A program made the translations under genes and the position numbers. From Oikopleura dioica (Eukaryota > Animalia > Chordata), in NCBI GenBank assembly GCA_907165135.1, contig OU015568.1, forward strand, positions 11,036,001-11,100,000: 64,000 nucleotides of DNA, read 5' to 3'. Below, piece after piece: positions 1-12,594 of this stretch; the stretch's first letter is position 1, and the number at the start of each line of letters is the position of its first letter. The notes below the pieces were generated by a model, which did not search any database, was not told the origin of the DNA, and was given only the letters and a program-made list of their open reading frames with translations.

Positions 1-40
1 AGGACGTTGGCGACCTTGAGAACTTTGAATCTGACTCGTT
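1..40 (-). pseudogene. Partial duplicate of the RPS23 3' coding region (RVRFKVLKVANV), running off the window
   Basis: Minus strand reads GTC AGA TTC AAA GTT CTC AAG GTC GCC AAC GTC versus GTC CGA TTC AAG GTT GTC AAG GTC GCC AAC GTC in the intact RPS23 about 1.5 kb away. No upstream RPS23 exons; in-frame TGA about 10 codons upstream. Confidence 0.55.
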
Positions 41-121
41 TATTCGGATTTTTCGCATAAATTCATGGTGTTTTGTATTTTATTGAGTAAAGATTTCGGT
101 TCGACACCAAACAACAAGAAA

Positions 122-1080
122 TCAATTCATAGTGATGTTGACGAGAGTCCGGTGGTCGTGATCCGGTGCTCCAACTTTATGTCCTCTGACATAAAATGTG
201 ACGCGTTCTTTTCCCTCGCCGACTGTTTCGCTGCATTTGTTGTCCAAAAAGACCTCAGCTCCTCTCTTCGGACAATCGTCGTACTCATCAAATATTTTTA
301 CATCCACAGAGAAGCCACCATTCCCTTAGCGAAACATTGGTAGGATAGGACATGTTATATAATTTATACCGTGAATAAGTTTTCCATTGTTTTCCAGCTG
401 AATTTCATAGTTGTGCCTTCCTTTGTAGTACCTGTTCCCCTTTTCGTATTCTTCTCCGTGCACAAAAAGTCTCCAGCCGTCCTTCTTGACATCAACATTC
501 ACCCATGAGTCTAGCTTATTTGAGATTTCGTGACGGAAAGTTTTTATTCAAAGAATCAAAAATTAAAATCTCCTTCCTTTAGATGCACACTAGTTGCTCC
601 TTTAATCAAAAAATCCAAAACATTTCCAATAGTTTCTTCATTCATTAATTGATCATATCCATATCCGATGCTGTCTCTATGCCCGTAGCCATTCATGCCC
701 ACGTTTTTCGTAAGTTCCTTCAGTTTTTTGACACTTTCTTAAGAAAGAATAATGATCAAGGAAGATGAACTGTTAATACCTGAATAATTCTTTCCCAATT
801 CCATTTCTCTGATGAAAGCGTTAAGCTCCCCCTCCGCCCTGGCATTCTCTTGTTGCTTGAGTTTGAGATCATCTTTTGCTTCCTCGACCTTCTTCTTCGC
901 TGCTTTTTCTGCTTCGACGGCCTTTTGATGCGATTCTAAAGCTCCTGCTTCGGCTACTTTTGCACAGTCGGCAGCATACTTGAGTCGAAAAAACTCTTCG
1001 TTGATTTCAATTTTCATTTTCTTCTCAGCTCTTTCATCCCCTCGATCCATTCCTTTTCGTTTTCCTTTGTTCGTGTCCAT
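122..1080 (-). CDS. Orphan multi-exon protein with N-terminal coiled coil, function unknown
   Basis: ORF 739-1179 (charged coiled coil from MDTNKG at 1080), GT-AG intron near 740-780, GA-AG intron 515-576, open exons, terminal ORF 122-307 and an AATAAA just downstream. One junction near 320-380 is unresolved. Confidence 0.55.
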
Positions 1081-1459
1081 ACCTCGTTCTTTTTTTATAA
1101 AAAAGCTCCTGTCTGTGTAAATTTTTGATGAAGAGTAAATTAAAACTCTGGCACTTGGAAAACTCAGTTTACTTTTCAATTAGTCTAGAAAAATGCGGTA
1201 AATGTGGATTTTAACTTGCCTTCAACAAAATAAAACTGGCTATTCTCAACAAGGTCTTAAAATCTGACTCACAGTCCATTCATACCGAAAACGCATTAAG
1301 TTCCTCTGCCCACGTGAGGATCAAAAATTGATACAGTAGCTCTACGTAGATTTTTTACTTCAATAGAAAATATTAGCAACGGAAACAGTTTTTTTCGTTC
1401 TCCTTGGGCTTTATTTTGAAATTCAGTCATAAGCTTTGATTGAACAGAGAAGGAATCAT

Positions 1460-1983
1460 TTATGATCTTGGTCTTTCCTTCTTGCCCTTGAAGAGTGCCA
1501 GGAGAGAGACGTTGGCGACCTTGACAACCTTGAATCGGACACCGGGAATATCACCGACGGCGTGACCGGATCGACCGAAACCAGCGACCAGAACCTGAAA
1601 CGGAAATGATAACAAAAGAGAGAGAGTACGAATCAATACCTCGTCGTTCTCTTCGATGTAGTTGAGGCAACCATCATTGGGAACGAAGGCAGTGATCTTC
1701 TTTCCGTTCTTGATGAGCTGAACTCGGACGCACTTGCGAATGGCGGAGTTCGGCTGCTTGGCCTCGACACCGATCTTGTCAAGGACGATTCCTTTCGCGT
1801 GGGATGAACCTCCGAAAGGATTGGCTTTCAGGGCGGTTCCAAGGTTCGCCTGGAGATCGAAGTTACTGTCAAACTATTGAAAAGACGGGAAGTTACCTTT
1901 TTGTATCCAAGATCGGCCCAACGCTGCTCACGTCGTCGATTTCGCATCTTTCGAGCGGTTCGGATTCCACGTGGCTTTCCCAT
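1460..1983 (-). CDS. RPS23: 40S ribosomal protein S23 (uS12), 3 coding exons
   Basis: Spliced translation [29 protein letters not shown]|[70 protein letters not shown]|[44 protein letters not shown]. Two short GT-AG introns. Confidence 0.98.
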
Positions 1984-2199
1984 TCCTGGGAGATTTTTGA
2001 GTTAAATCGATCTGAAACAAAACCTTGTTAGTTCTTATTCTCTCCAACGCACTCCAACAATTTTGACACTTCTGACAATCTCTAGTAAATAGAAGAAAGT
2101 CCAGCTTATAAAAACAGTTTCGAGATTTCGATTTTTCTTATTTCAAATACGAAAAATAAATTTACAAGCTGTAATTTGAGGAAATACCATTACTGAAAG

Positions 2200-2700
2200 A
2201 AATAGCGTCGACCCACAAAGCATAGTAAGATTACGTCACCAACTCGGGTGATGATTGGCTGGCGCGGCGCCAGAGAGATGAGTCATTTTACGCGTGTGGC
2301 TCATCCGAGAGAGCTTTCTCGGATTCGATTTTTCTCAAAATCGCCCGAGGAGAACTCCTCGTCCAAGGAATTGGCGAGAAAATGGGTCAAGCTGGAAACT
2401 GAGTGTCTCAATTTCGGAGCTGGTTAGCGAGTAGTAGCTTTGGACGGGGTCGGGCTGATTCGGAGCGCTGCGAAGTGCGAGAGGGAGGCCGGGCCAGTGG
2501 CTGACTGCGCCACTGAACAAAAAAATAAGAAACCAACCAGAAGCTCGTTTTATGTCCCGAGCGCTGCAGCGAGAACGCCGAAAACCCGAAAAAATAGAGA
2601 GGAAAATCCCCGTCCAGCAGAGAATGTAGAAAACGCTCGATTTGGGAAAGAAATAGAGTCAATTTTGAAGCAGAGAAGAAACTATTTTTACGGTAAGAAG
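2200..2700. promoter_or_regulatory. Divergent promoter region between RPS23 and the zinc-finger gene, with a probable non-coding first exon ending at a GTAAG donor near 2690
   Basis: GC-richer island with ATTGG (CCAAT) box between head-to-head genes; donor at about 2691 and acceptor TTTCAG at about 3351 upstream of ATG 3384. Confidence 0.45.
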
Positions 2701-3383
2701 CATTCCTTTTATTTCACAGTTTGCTGTTTGCTGAAAAAAACTCTGTTTTTAGAGAAAATTCCACGAAAATGTTAGTTTTCTCTTAATAACATATGAAATT
2801 ATAAAATATTTTATTCTCACTTGTTAAATCTGAATCGAATTTGATTTGTATGTTATAATAGCTATAGAATGGTTTTAAATGAGAAAATACGAAAAAAGTC
2901 ATCAAATTTGATATTGAATTTGTGTAATAAATCGAATTTTATGCCCGTCAAATCTCTTAAAGTCAACCATTTATAATGAAATAATCCATAGACTCTCATT
3001 TTGAGGCTCAAAGAAGCTCAAAAATGGCTCACTCTCGCGCGATCTCAATCTATATTTTCGACAACATGTTTTCCAATTGGCCGAATTCGCCCTTATCCTC
3101 GCCTGGGCCACGATTTTTTTTCTTTGTCCCGCGCTCGGAACTCTTCCCCTTCACGCTTATTGATTTATTGACCTTTGTGTCCCTTTCAATTCGTGTTAAT
3201 TGCTCGTTTTTATGATTACGAAGGAGAAAGTTCCGAAATCGCGTAAATTCAAATTTGAGTCCTTTTCGCCTCATTTTCTATTTTGAATTTCGCGCCAACT
3301 TATCACCCTCTATTTTTAAAAAATTGAAATTTTCTAAGAATAGTGTTTCAGTCTCTTCAAATTCAACTGAACTTGCCAGAAAA

Positions 3384-6288
3384 ATGCCCGCCGCTCAAGA
3401 ATGATTTCGTGGCTGCTGGAAAGGTTTCTTTGAACCCGCCAATATTCCTCCCAAAAAGTATTAGCTTGACACCTCTCAATCTCGCAGCTACTAATTAGTA
3501 CCCTTCCTCTCATCTCCTTCCCGCGTGTACCGAGAACATTAATTTAACGATGCCCAGTCTCCAGTTGCGACGAATGGCGCCTCCGCCCGGAACAGCCGAC
3601 AATAAAGCGGAAAACAAGCTAGATGATTGCCCCTCGCAAACGCCATCGAAAGATCAACGTAAGATGAACTCGTCAAGCTTTGATCTAACATAATTCTAGC
3701 TCCAAAATCGAAAAGCGGTTCAAAAGCCCGAAGAAGCCCAAGAATACACCGCGAAGAGCGTTACGACCCTTGTCTCCAATCCGACGAGGAAGACGAAGAC
3801 GACCATTTGCCCACTCCCGAACCTGACAAGAAAAAGAAGAAACTGTTATAGAACCGAAACCCCAGACCTCAAAATACCCAGAACCTATCGGTGATCCAAG
3901 GGATGATCCATTCTACACAAACGTCGCAGATTTCCCTTCGGACTCAAGCTCAGACGAAGAAGATGAGCAGGAGGATAACGACGATGATGATCATCAACCG
4001 ATGACATCTACGCCTCCGAGGTAAAGATTTTTCTTCATGATAAAATCAAGCTCTTTCTATAAAGTTTAAACCGGTCTCTTCTGATCCTTCTCTTTATGTT
4101 TTTCCGCTATCGTAGCTTTTTCCCTCTTGAAATGTTTCTGAATAAGACAGGACTAAATATTTGCTCATTCATTTCAGAGCGGATTTTTTAACTCGGGGTA
4201 GTACCTAGTCACGGTGTAAAAATTTTGACACGCAGGTGCTACGGGCAACAAATTCGCGTTTGCCATCAGATGCAGCGCCCGTTATTTCAATTTTCGCGAT
4301 TTTGGAAGAGAAAACAAAGAAAACCCTATTTTGAATATTTTGACGAAAAGAGAATAGAGGACCTCTATTAGAGGTAAATAATTTACCGTAAATTAAGTAT
4401 TTTAAATTAAACGACTTTCTTTTGGGAAAACAGATGATATCTACGACAAAAACTAGAATAGAATAAAATACACTTTGCGGTTGTTTTCAGCCCTTTTTCG
4501 ATTACCATTAACATCGTAATTACAGTCCCGCTTACGAAGAAATGGTGAGCACCTCGATCGAGAGCGAGCTAAAGATGCAGAGTTTCTCGAACACGCTAAT
4601 CCTAGCCTCGGGCAAGCTCAAGATCGAGCTGTCATCCTCTCAATCACCTGAACCTCCGCCCGGACCGCGCACCAAAAATGGTCAGCGAGTGTGCCGCTAC
4701 TGCGGTATCTTCCCCGAACATGTCCGAAACGTAAGTACCGCCCACTTTCAAACACTTAATTCACTCTTTTCCAAAGATCTCTGCCCATGAACGCGCTTGT
4801 GGATCGAAAAGAATTGCATGTCAACACTGCGACAAAACGTTCAACAGTCACAAGCCTCTACAGAAGCATATGCGACACATGCACGGCGCAGAAATCACCC
4901 CTGAAGTTTCCCAGCAAATTGCTGCTTCTAAGACGCCTATCATCAAAGAAGAGCCTCAAGACGAGTGGCAAGAAGGTGAGCTAACTCCCAACTCGCGCAG
5001 TCGCACTTCTTCTCCGCTCGAAACGCCCAACAGTAGAACTTGCAAGCAGTGCGGCGATGTTTTCCCGAACCCAGCCGCGCTGAGACAACATACCAAGCTA
5101 GTGCATGTCAGTCTCGTAGGCTACGGAGACTCACCCTCAGCCTCGACGCCGGAAACTAACGCTAATAGAAGTCTCCGGCGGAGAAATGACTCGATGAACT
5201 CGAGCTGCTCGCCCATTTCGCCGATAAAATCGCCGCCGAACAAACGAACTCGCTACCCTCAAAATCAATCAACACCTCAAAGTCAAAATCACAAGAGCTC
5301 GCCCAAGCTTGCCAACATCAAAAAAGAGCCAGGATCGGAAAAAAGGTCTCAGAAAAAATTCCAGTGCGAACCATGCGGAGACGTTTTCAATTCCGAGGCT
5401 GGACGACTGCTCCATATTCAGAAATATCATTCCCCTGCCAATTATTGCTGCCACATTTGTGGAAAAACGCGCGGCACAAAGTTCGCTCTCAAGAGGCATT
5501 TGATGAAATGCCACGACTGGACGCAGGAAGAGATCGACGAACGCTACCCTGATGGTCGTAAGCTTCGCAAGCTCGGCATCGATCATAACGCTACATTCCA
5601 CGAAATGCCCTCGCTCATGACTCGTTACGATAGAACTCCCAAGCCGCTGAGCCACGATATCGCCCGTCTGGAAGAACTCTTCGGTAAGCGCTTTGATCAT
5701 CGATTTTTCGATTTGAATAACACTTAAATTTTAGTTCTGAAAAGACGATCAAGCCTTGATAGCGACGAACAAAAAGAAAATGAATCTATCGAATGTCAAG
5801 TGTGCGGCAAGGAGTTTGACGATCGCCGAGAATTTACGCTCCACGTGACCAAGAAACATCGGGCGAAATTTCGCAGGACCGACGGCCGAAAGATCCAGCG
5901 GCGAAGAACTCTTCCACTCTCCAGGTAAAAGGAAGCGAGTCCAGTTATTTCCAGTTAATACGGCGCTGGAAGGTAAATTGAAGGGTTTTGAACTGTTTGC
6001 TTTAGGACGGATGTTGACGCTATGGAGAACTCGTCCGAATCGTCGAATGACACTATTGACGGCTTCCCGTGCAGATATTGCGAGAGGGTCTTGACCACTA
6101 AGGCGAATCGTATTGTTCATGAAAGATTGCACACTGGCGAAAAGCCATTCCAGGTAGAATTTCGTTCAACAAGTATCATTAAGTTTAACTGTTATTTTTT
6201 CTAGTGCACAATCTGCTCCAAAGCATTCCCCTGCTTTACCTACCTGACAAGCCATTTAGAAATGGCACACGACATGCTCAAAGGTTGA
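3384..6288 (+). CDS. Multi C2H2 zinc-finger transcription factor (about 8 dispersed fingers)
   Basis: Fingers such as CQHCDKTFNSHKPLQKHMRHMH, CKQCGDVFPNPAALRQHTKLVH, CEPCGDVFNSEAGRLLHIQKYH, CHICGKTRGTKFALKRHLMKCH, CQVCGKEFDDRREFTLHVTKKH, CRYCERVLTTKANRIVHERLH-TGEKPF, CTICSKAFPCFTYLTSHLEMAH; acidic N-terminal exons; GT-AG introns. Confidence 0.85.
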
Positions 6289-7524
6289 GCAGCCTAGTAT
6301 CTTCCCTCTTCTTTTTAGTATCTATTGTTGCTTAGCCAGAAAAAATATTGATCACTGTAAAAATATTATATTTCCTGAACATAGCTAAACGATGTCAAAG
6401 AACATTATGTACCTAAAAGTAACTCAAGCTTCGCCTTCTCAAAAATGATTCATCAGTCCAGACCAGGTTTCGACTTTCTTCAAGTTCCCGTTTCAGACTT
6501 TCACTGACTTGTAACTTTACTGTTATTTCAAGAAAAGAACCTAAAGTAAAAAAAGAACTATCCAACTTTGTAAATTTTATATTGCTTCTATCGACTCTAT
6601 CTCTTTTTTCTGCTTCTTCTGAATTCTTATTTCGTTCCAACAAATAAAATTTCAACGGCTTTCTTTTCGAAAGCCCAAAAGATCCTCCTCGATGATTTCA
6701 TGAAAAGACCTTCATTTAAAAAGCTCCACCATTTTTGGGCACACTTAAAAAAAACCTGTTTAAACCACGTTGAAGGAAATTTATAACCACTCGAATTAAT
6801 GTTACCATTGCTTTATCTAATGATGTGTATTAGCTGTCTCTTTGCAGACATCATTAAATAGCTTGCGCAGGAAAAAATGATAACCAAAGCATTGACTGAA
6901 GACGCATTTTTTGCGAAGTTGAGGGATTTTGCGCCAGAAAGAGCAGTCACGTGCTTCATTCCTCCTGGTCATGAGTTACTCCTAGACTCAAAAACATATC
7001 TGTTTATCACTCTTGCACCACCACTTATCGGTAATTGCCCATCGTCAAGAAGGTTTCATTTGAGTACTTTTTATAGAAAAAAAAACTAAGAAGAGATCAT
7101 TTTAGAGGAGAAATTTGACCGTTAAATTAGTTGATAAATTAAATTTCCCTAAAAATCTTTGTTAGCTAAAAAGGTAAATAATATGAAATAGCCAGATTTA
7201 ATTTATTCTAAATATGAATAATTATTCTGAGTAAATATACAGAAGGCGTAGGCGCCTGTGTTCACTCAAAGGTGAAATTCTTACTCAAAGATTTCTTTTC
7301 CCCGATTTTATGCTCACTATTTTGGAAGAAAAATAAAAGACAATCGCTCAAGTCGTAAAATAAAGAAATTTAGAAGTTGAGAAAAGCACGTGATTGGCTG
7401 AGCCGAGCCGAGAAAACAACCGAGAGCGCTCTGTCTGGAGGAGCTTCAGAGAAATTAACAAAATTAAGAAGAATTGAAGCAGGATTTTTTACAAAAAGAA
7501 GTAAAGAAGAGAAGAAAAGAGGAC

Positions 7525-9457
7525 ATGTTCTCGTCTTTTTCGGGAAATCTATCGGGAGTAACAAATTGGATTTCTGAAAGTTCAAAGGCAAGATTAGATT
7601 AATTAGATGGACGATAACACTTATCATTTAAAATTCATGTTACCTTAAAAATAAGATAACAGTTCCCTATTCGAACGGGCGATGTCTTTGGGGATGTCCT
7701 CATCTTGACGGATTCTAGAGCTCTATGCTATGTCAGAAATCCGCTAAAATAGGGACATCCCAGAAGAAATCACCCGTTTAAATGGCGATACCCTTGCATA
7801 AAATCATTGTTTTGATTTGAAAGTTGTTGGAATTTTAATTTTAGCAAGCTGCAGATGCAGTGTCAAAAGGAGTCAATGACCTGAACTCCGGAATTACCGG
7901 AATGATGAAGGAAGAAGACAAAAACAAGCCGGTCGAGGATCAACCTCAATCCGAAAAACCATCTGAATCTGGTGAAGCCCCAGAATCTTCGACAGCAGCG
8001 CCAAATGCGACAGAAGAAAAAATTAAAGAAGTTTCATCGAAATTATTCTCAGACGTTTCGAGCGCTTGGGGACAAGCTCTAGGAAAGGCTTTTTGAGAGA
8101 AAGAGCTGCGGAAATGACTGATTTTCAAGTTGAAATTTTGAATTTGCTAAAATCAAACAATATTTCGCGGGCGCGTAGATTCCTTTGTGCGACTTTTGTG
8201 AGTTCTGTGAATTGACAAATCCGGTTCAAGAGCTTTTAAAATTATCCACTCTCTTTTTTTTTCTTTCTTTCGCTTTTAGCCCTAAAAAGCTTTCGGAAAA
8301 ACGGCGATCGAAAAGGTGGAACAAAACGAGCTGGTGAAGCAAGCTACAGTAACTGTTACTGATGTGGCGAAGAAAGGGGTCCAGTACGTCGAAAACGCCC
8401 CATTGATCAAGGATTTCAACGAGGAACAAAAGAAGTTTATCAGGTTGGAGAGTTTTTTAGCCCTGCCACTATTGATGGTCTGTTTCTAGCGAAAATAAAA
8501 CCACGGCGGAGAATAAAACGCCCTGGACAGGGTATAAAAATGAGGAGGAGCTCAAGGATCAGATTTTGCAACTGTCAAAGGTAAGATTTTTCATTCAATG
8601 GAGAAAAATAAAACATTTTTCAGGATAAACGAAACTTCCTCCGAGCTCCCCAGCTGGAGCCCTATTCGAGTTCGACTACAAGCAATCGCAGCCAATGGCC
8701 CTTGCTCTGCTCGAAGTCGATTCTTCGTTGAAAGAAATGCGCTTCCAACTCGTCCCAAAAGTCTCAAAGGAAGAAGATTTCTGGAGAAACTACTTTTACA
8801 GAGTGTCGTTGCTCAAACAGAACGCAGAGCCGCTCGAGGATGAGCCAGTTGCCGAAGCTCCTGTTTCCGACAAAAATGATGTAAAAAAATTCGAATTAAT
8901 TTCTAGAGCTCGTATTTACGCACGATTCTAGCTCAGTACTGAAGACGCAGAGCTGAATTTGGACGAAGAATTCGCCAGTGAAGAAGTGGGAACTAAAACG
9001 GACGAAATTCCTCAGTGGGAAAAGGAATTACAGGACGAGTTGCAGGAATACGAAGTTGTTGAGGGCGAGGAAGAGGCAAATGGAGAATGGGAAAAAGGTA
9101 AGAGAGCAAGCCGAATTTGAAAAGGAATAACGCAAGAGCGCCTAGATAAATCTGATGAGCAGCTTTTCAATGGTAAAATAGCAATACTAGATGATGATAC
9201 AGGCATAATATTGCTCGAAAAGGCAATATTATCGGTGAAAAAAAAATCAATTTGCTAACAACAAACAAGTTAAATTTTCAATAAAAATAGAGTAATCTTA
9301 CTACTGGTAGCATTCTTCATTCAGAGAAAGGGTGCTTGAAGAAGTTGATTATTGAAAGCCTGTAACCGCCTATTTTCTAGAGCTGGAAGACATGCTCGGA
9401 AACGACCCCGAAAGTTCCCCCTCCGAGTCCGCCAAGCCTCCACCATCGGGCTCTTGA
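7525..9457 (+). CDS. SYAP1: Synapse-associated protein 1 (BSD domain, Sap47 orthologue)
   Basis: [18 protein letters not shown]-terminus, [26 protein letters not shown], and BSD core [28 protein letters not shown]. One -1 frameshift in a C-run at about 8648. Confidence 0.88.
7674..7778. mobile_element. 105 bp hairpin/MITE-like inverted repeat in SYAP1 intron 1
   Basis: Left arm aacgggcgatgtctttggggatgtcctcatcttgacggattct pairs imperfectly with the reverse complement of the right arm (aacgggtgatttcttctgggatgtccctattttagcggatttct); central palindrome AGAGCTCT. Confidence 0.65.
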
Positions 9458-10352
9458 GTTCAACTGCGAGTTCTACAAAATCTGACGAAGTTTGTATACA
9501 AACCTTTCCAAAGTTTTAACCTACCCAAACACTTTTTTTAATCTAACCCCTCCTATTCGCCATTTTTTCGTTAAATCTTGCAAATTCAAAGAATTCAAAA
9601 AGTCTCTCAACTGTTATCATCAGATTCTCGTTTAGGCCTTGCTTACAACCACCTGCTATTGATAATTATTGATTAATTATTTATTTTTAATTAAGTTTGC
9701 GAAAGGGGTGTTTTTTCGCTTTGTTCTTGGTATTCTGATGAATTTTTTTAATACTATGTTCCTTGTTCAATTTCTTATTCGTTCAAGAATTCATTCTTCT
9801 ACCTATCTATTCTGAAATTTCATTATCGTGGAAGACCAGGGAAAGACACACAACCAGCCGGTGAAATTCCGAATTCAAGCGTTTCAAAGCTGAACCTGTT
9901 TGACCTCCATCAGGCTTTCTAGCTTAGAAATCAGCTGTTTTCTAATAGATATTTAAAAAGAAGAGGGGTTAGAAAGTTTGGGGAAAATTTTTGATTCGTT
10001 AATTTATGCCGGTGCATTCCCACGGCTATTTAGGTTGATATAATTCGAGGATAATCTTTTTCATTTCGTTTGGTGGGCGGGTGGCTCTGCCCGCGGCCTC
10101 CTGCTTGGTTTACGGTATCCTGAGCTGGTTTCGTGTGTCTCCCGGTTCTCACCAATTTGCGGTCGCGCTCTTTTTCAATTTGAAAATCTTTGCGCCAATT
10201 TTGTTCTAATTCATTCAGAGATGTGCTAAACGTGTGCCCAAGCGTCCAGTCCAACTAGAAAACGGCCAAAGCGAGTTTCAAAACACGAAGAAGCTAACGT
10301 AGAATTACATCGAATAGAGCACCGTCCGAGTGACTGAAGAAAAAACGGGAAA

Positions 10353-11793
<1,441 letters not shown>

Positions 11794-12594
11794 CAACCGT
11801 GCTTTCAGCAGCAACATTCTAGAGGCCCAAATTTCCTGTGCAATTTAAAAGTATTCTATCCTTTCATACCCTATTCATGGATATTTAACAATTCTTTTTT
11901 AATAATCACTAATATCTATTCGAGGAATTCCTTTCACAAGCAATTTCGAGCTACAAAAATTGTAAAAACACTCGCGGTAAAAATTTCATATTTTTTATCC
12001 CACCAACATTTGCCTATCAGTAAAAAGTAATTGTTCTGATTAAATTACTGCAACACCCCCTTCATTAAAAATATTATTATTAAATATAACGAACAGGGCC
12101 TTTCCGATTAATGTAGCTAGAAAATATTTACTTGATCACGTGAGAGGTGGCCGTGGACTATTTTATTATTTTCGGGGATCGGACAGTGGAGAGACAGGAC
12201 TTTACTGCACCCTCTGGTCCCGCGCTAAAGTGTAAAAATTAATTTTCCTCCGTCCAATCATTGAATACAAATCTCATCTCCAATTTCTGTTAAATAGTTC
12301 AAAAGACGACCTATATAAGAAGACTCACTTACCCGTATAATATGCTCCTTTATATTTACTATTTGGTGTTGTAGCCTTTGAACGCTGTTCTCTCAAACAT
12401 AATAAAGTTTGATATACAAAATTTCACTACTTAGAGTATCCAGCTTGTTCGAGTGTTATGCCAGCTGGTCCTTAGTCAATTATAATTTATATACGCAGGC
12501 TCGGAAAATTATGCAGAAAGCAGAGTTAGGGTCATGAAAAACCAATCTTCAAACAATTCTGTAGGAGTATTTTTTTCCTATCAGTCAATCAATA

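Noticed and set aside
6413-7089. Small ORFs between the zinc-finger gene and SYAP1
   Set aside because: No recognisable domain and no consistent exon chain could be built.
7377-7577. ORF MRKARDWLS as the SYAP1 N-terminus
   Set aside because: It starts at TTG over CACGTG/ATTGG promoter motifs; the ATG at 7525 in another frame gives the SYAP1-like start.
10030-10254. Small minus-strand ORF divergent from GOLPH3
   Set aside because: No ATG start or convincing spliced model; it overlaps the probable promoter.
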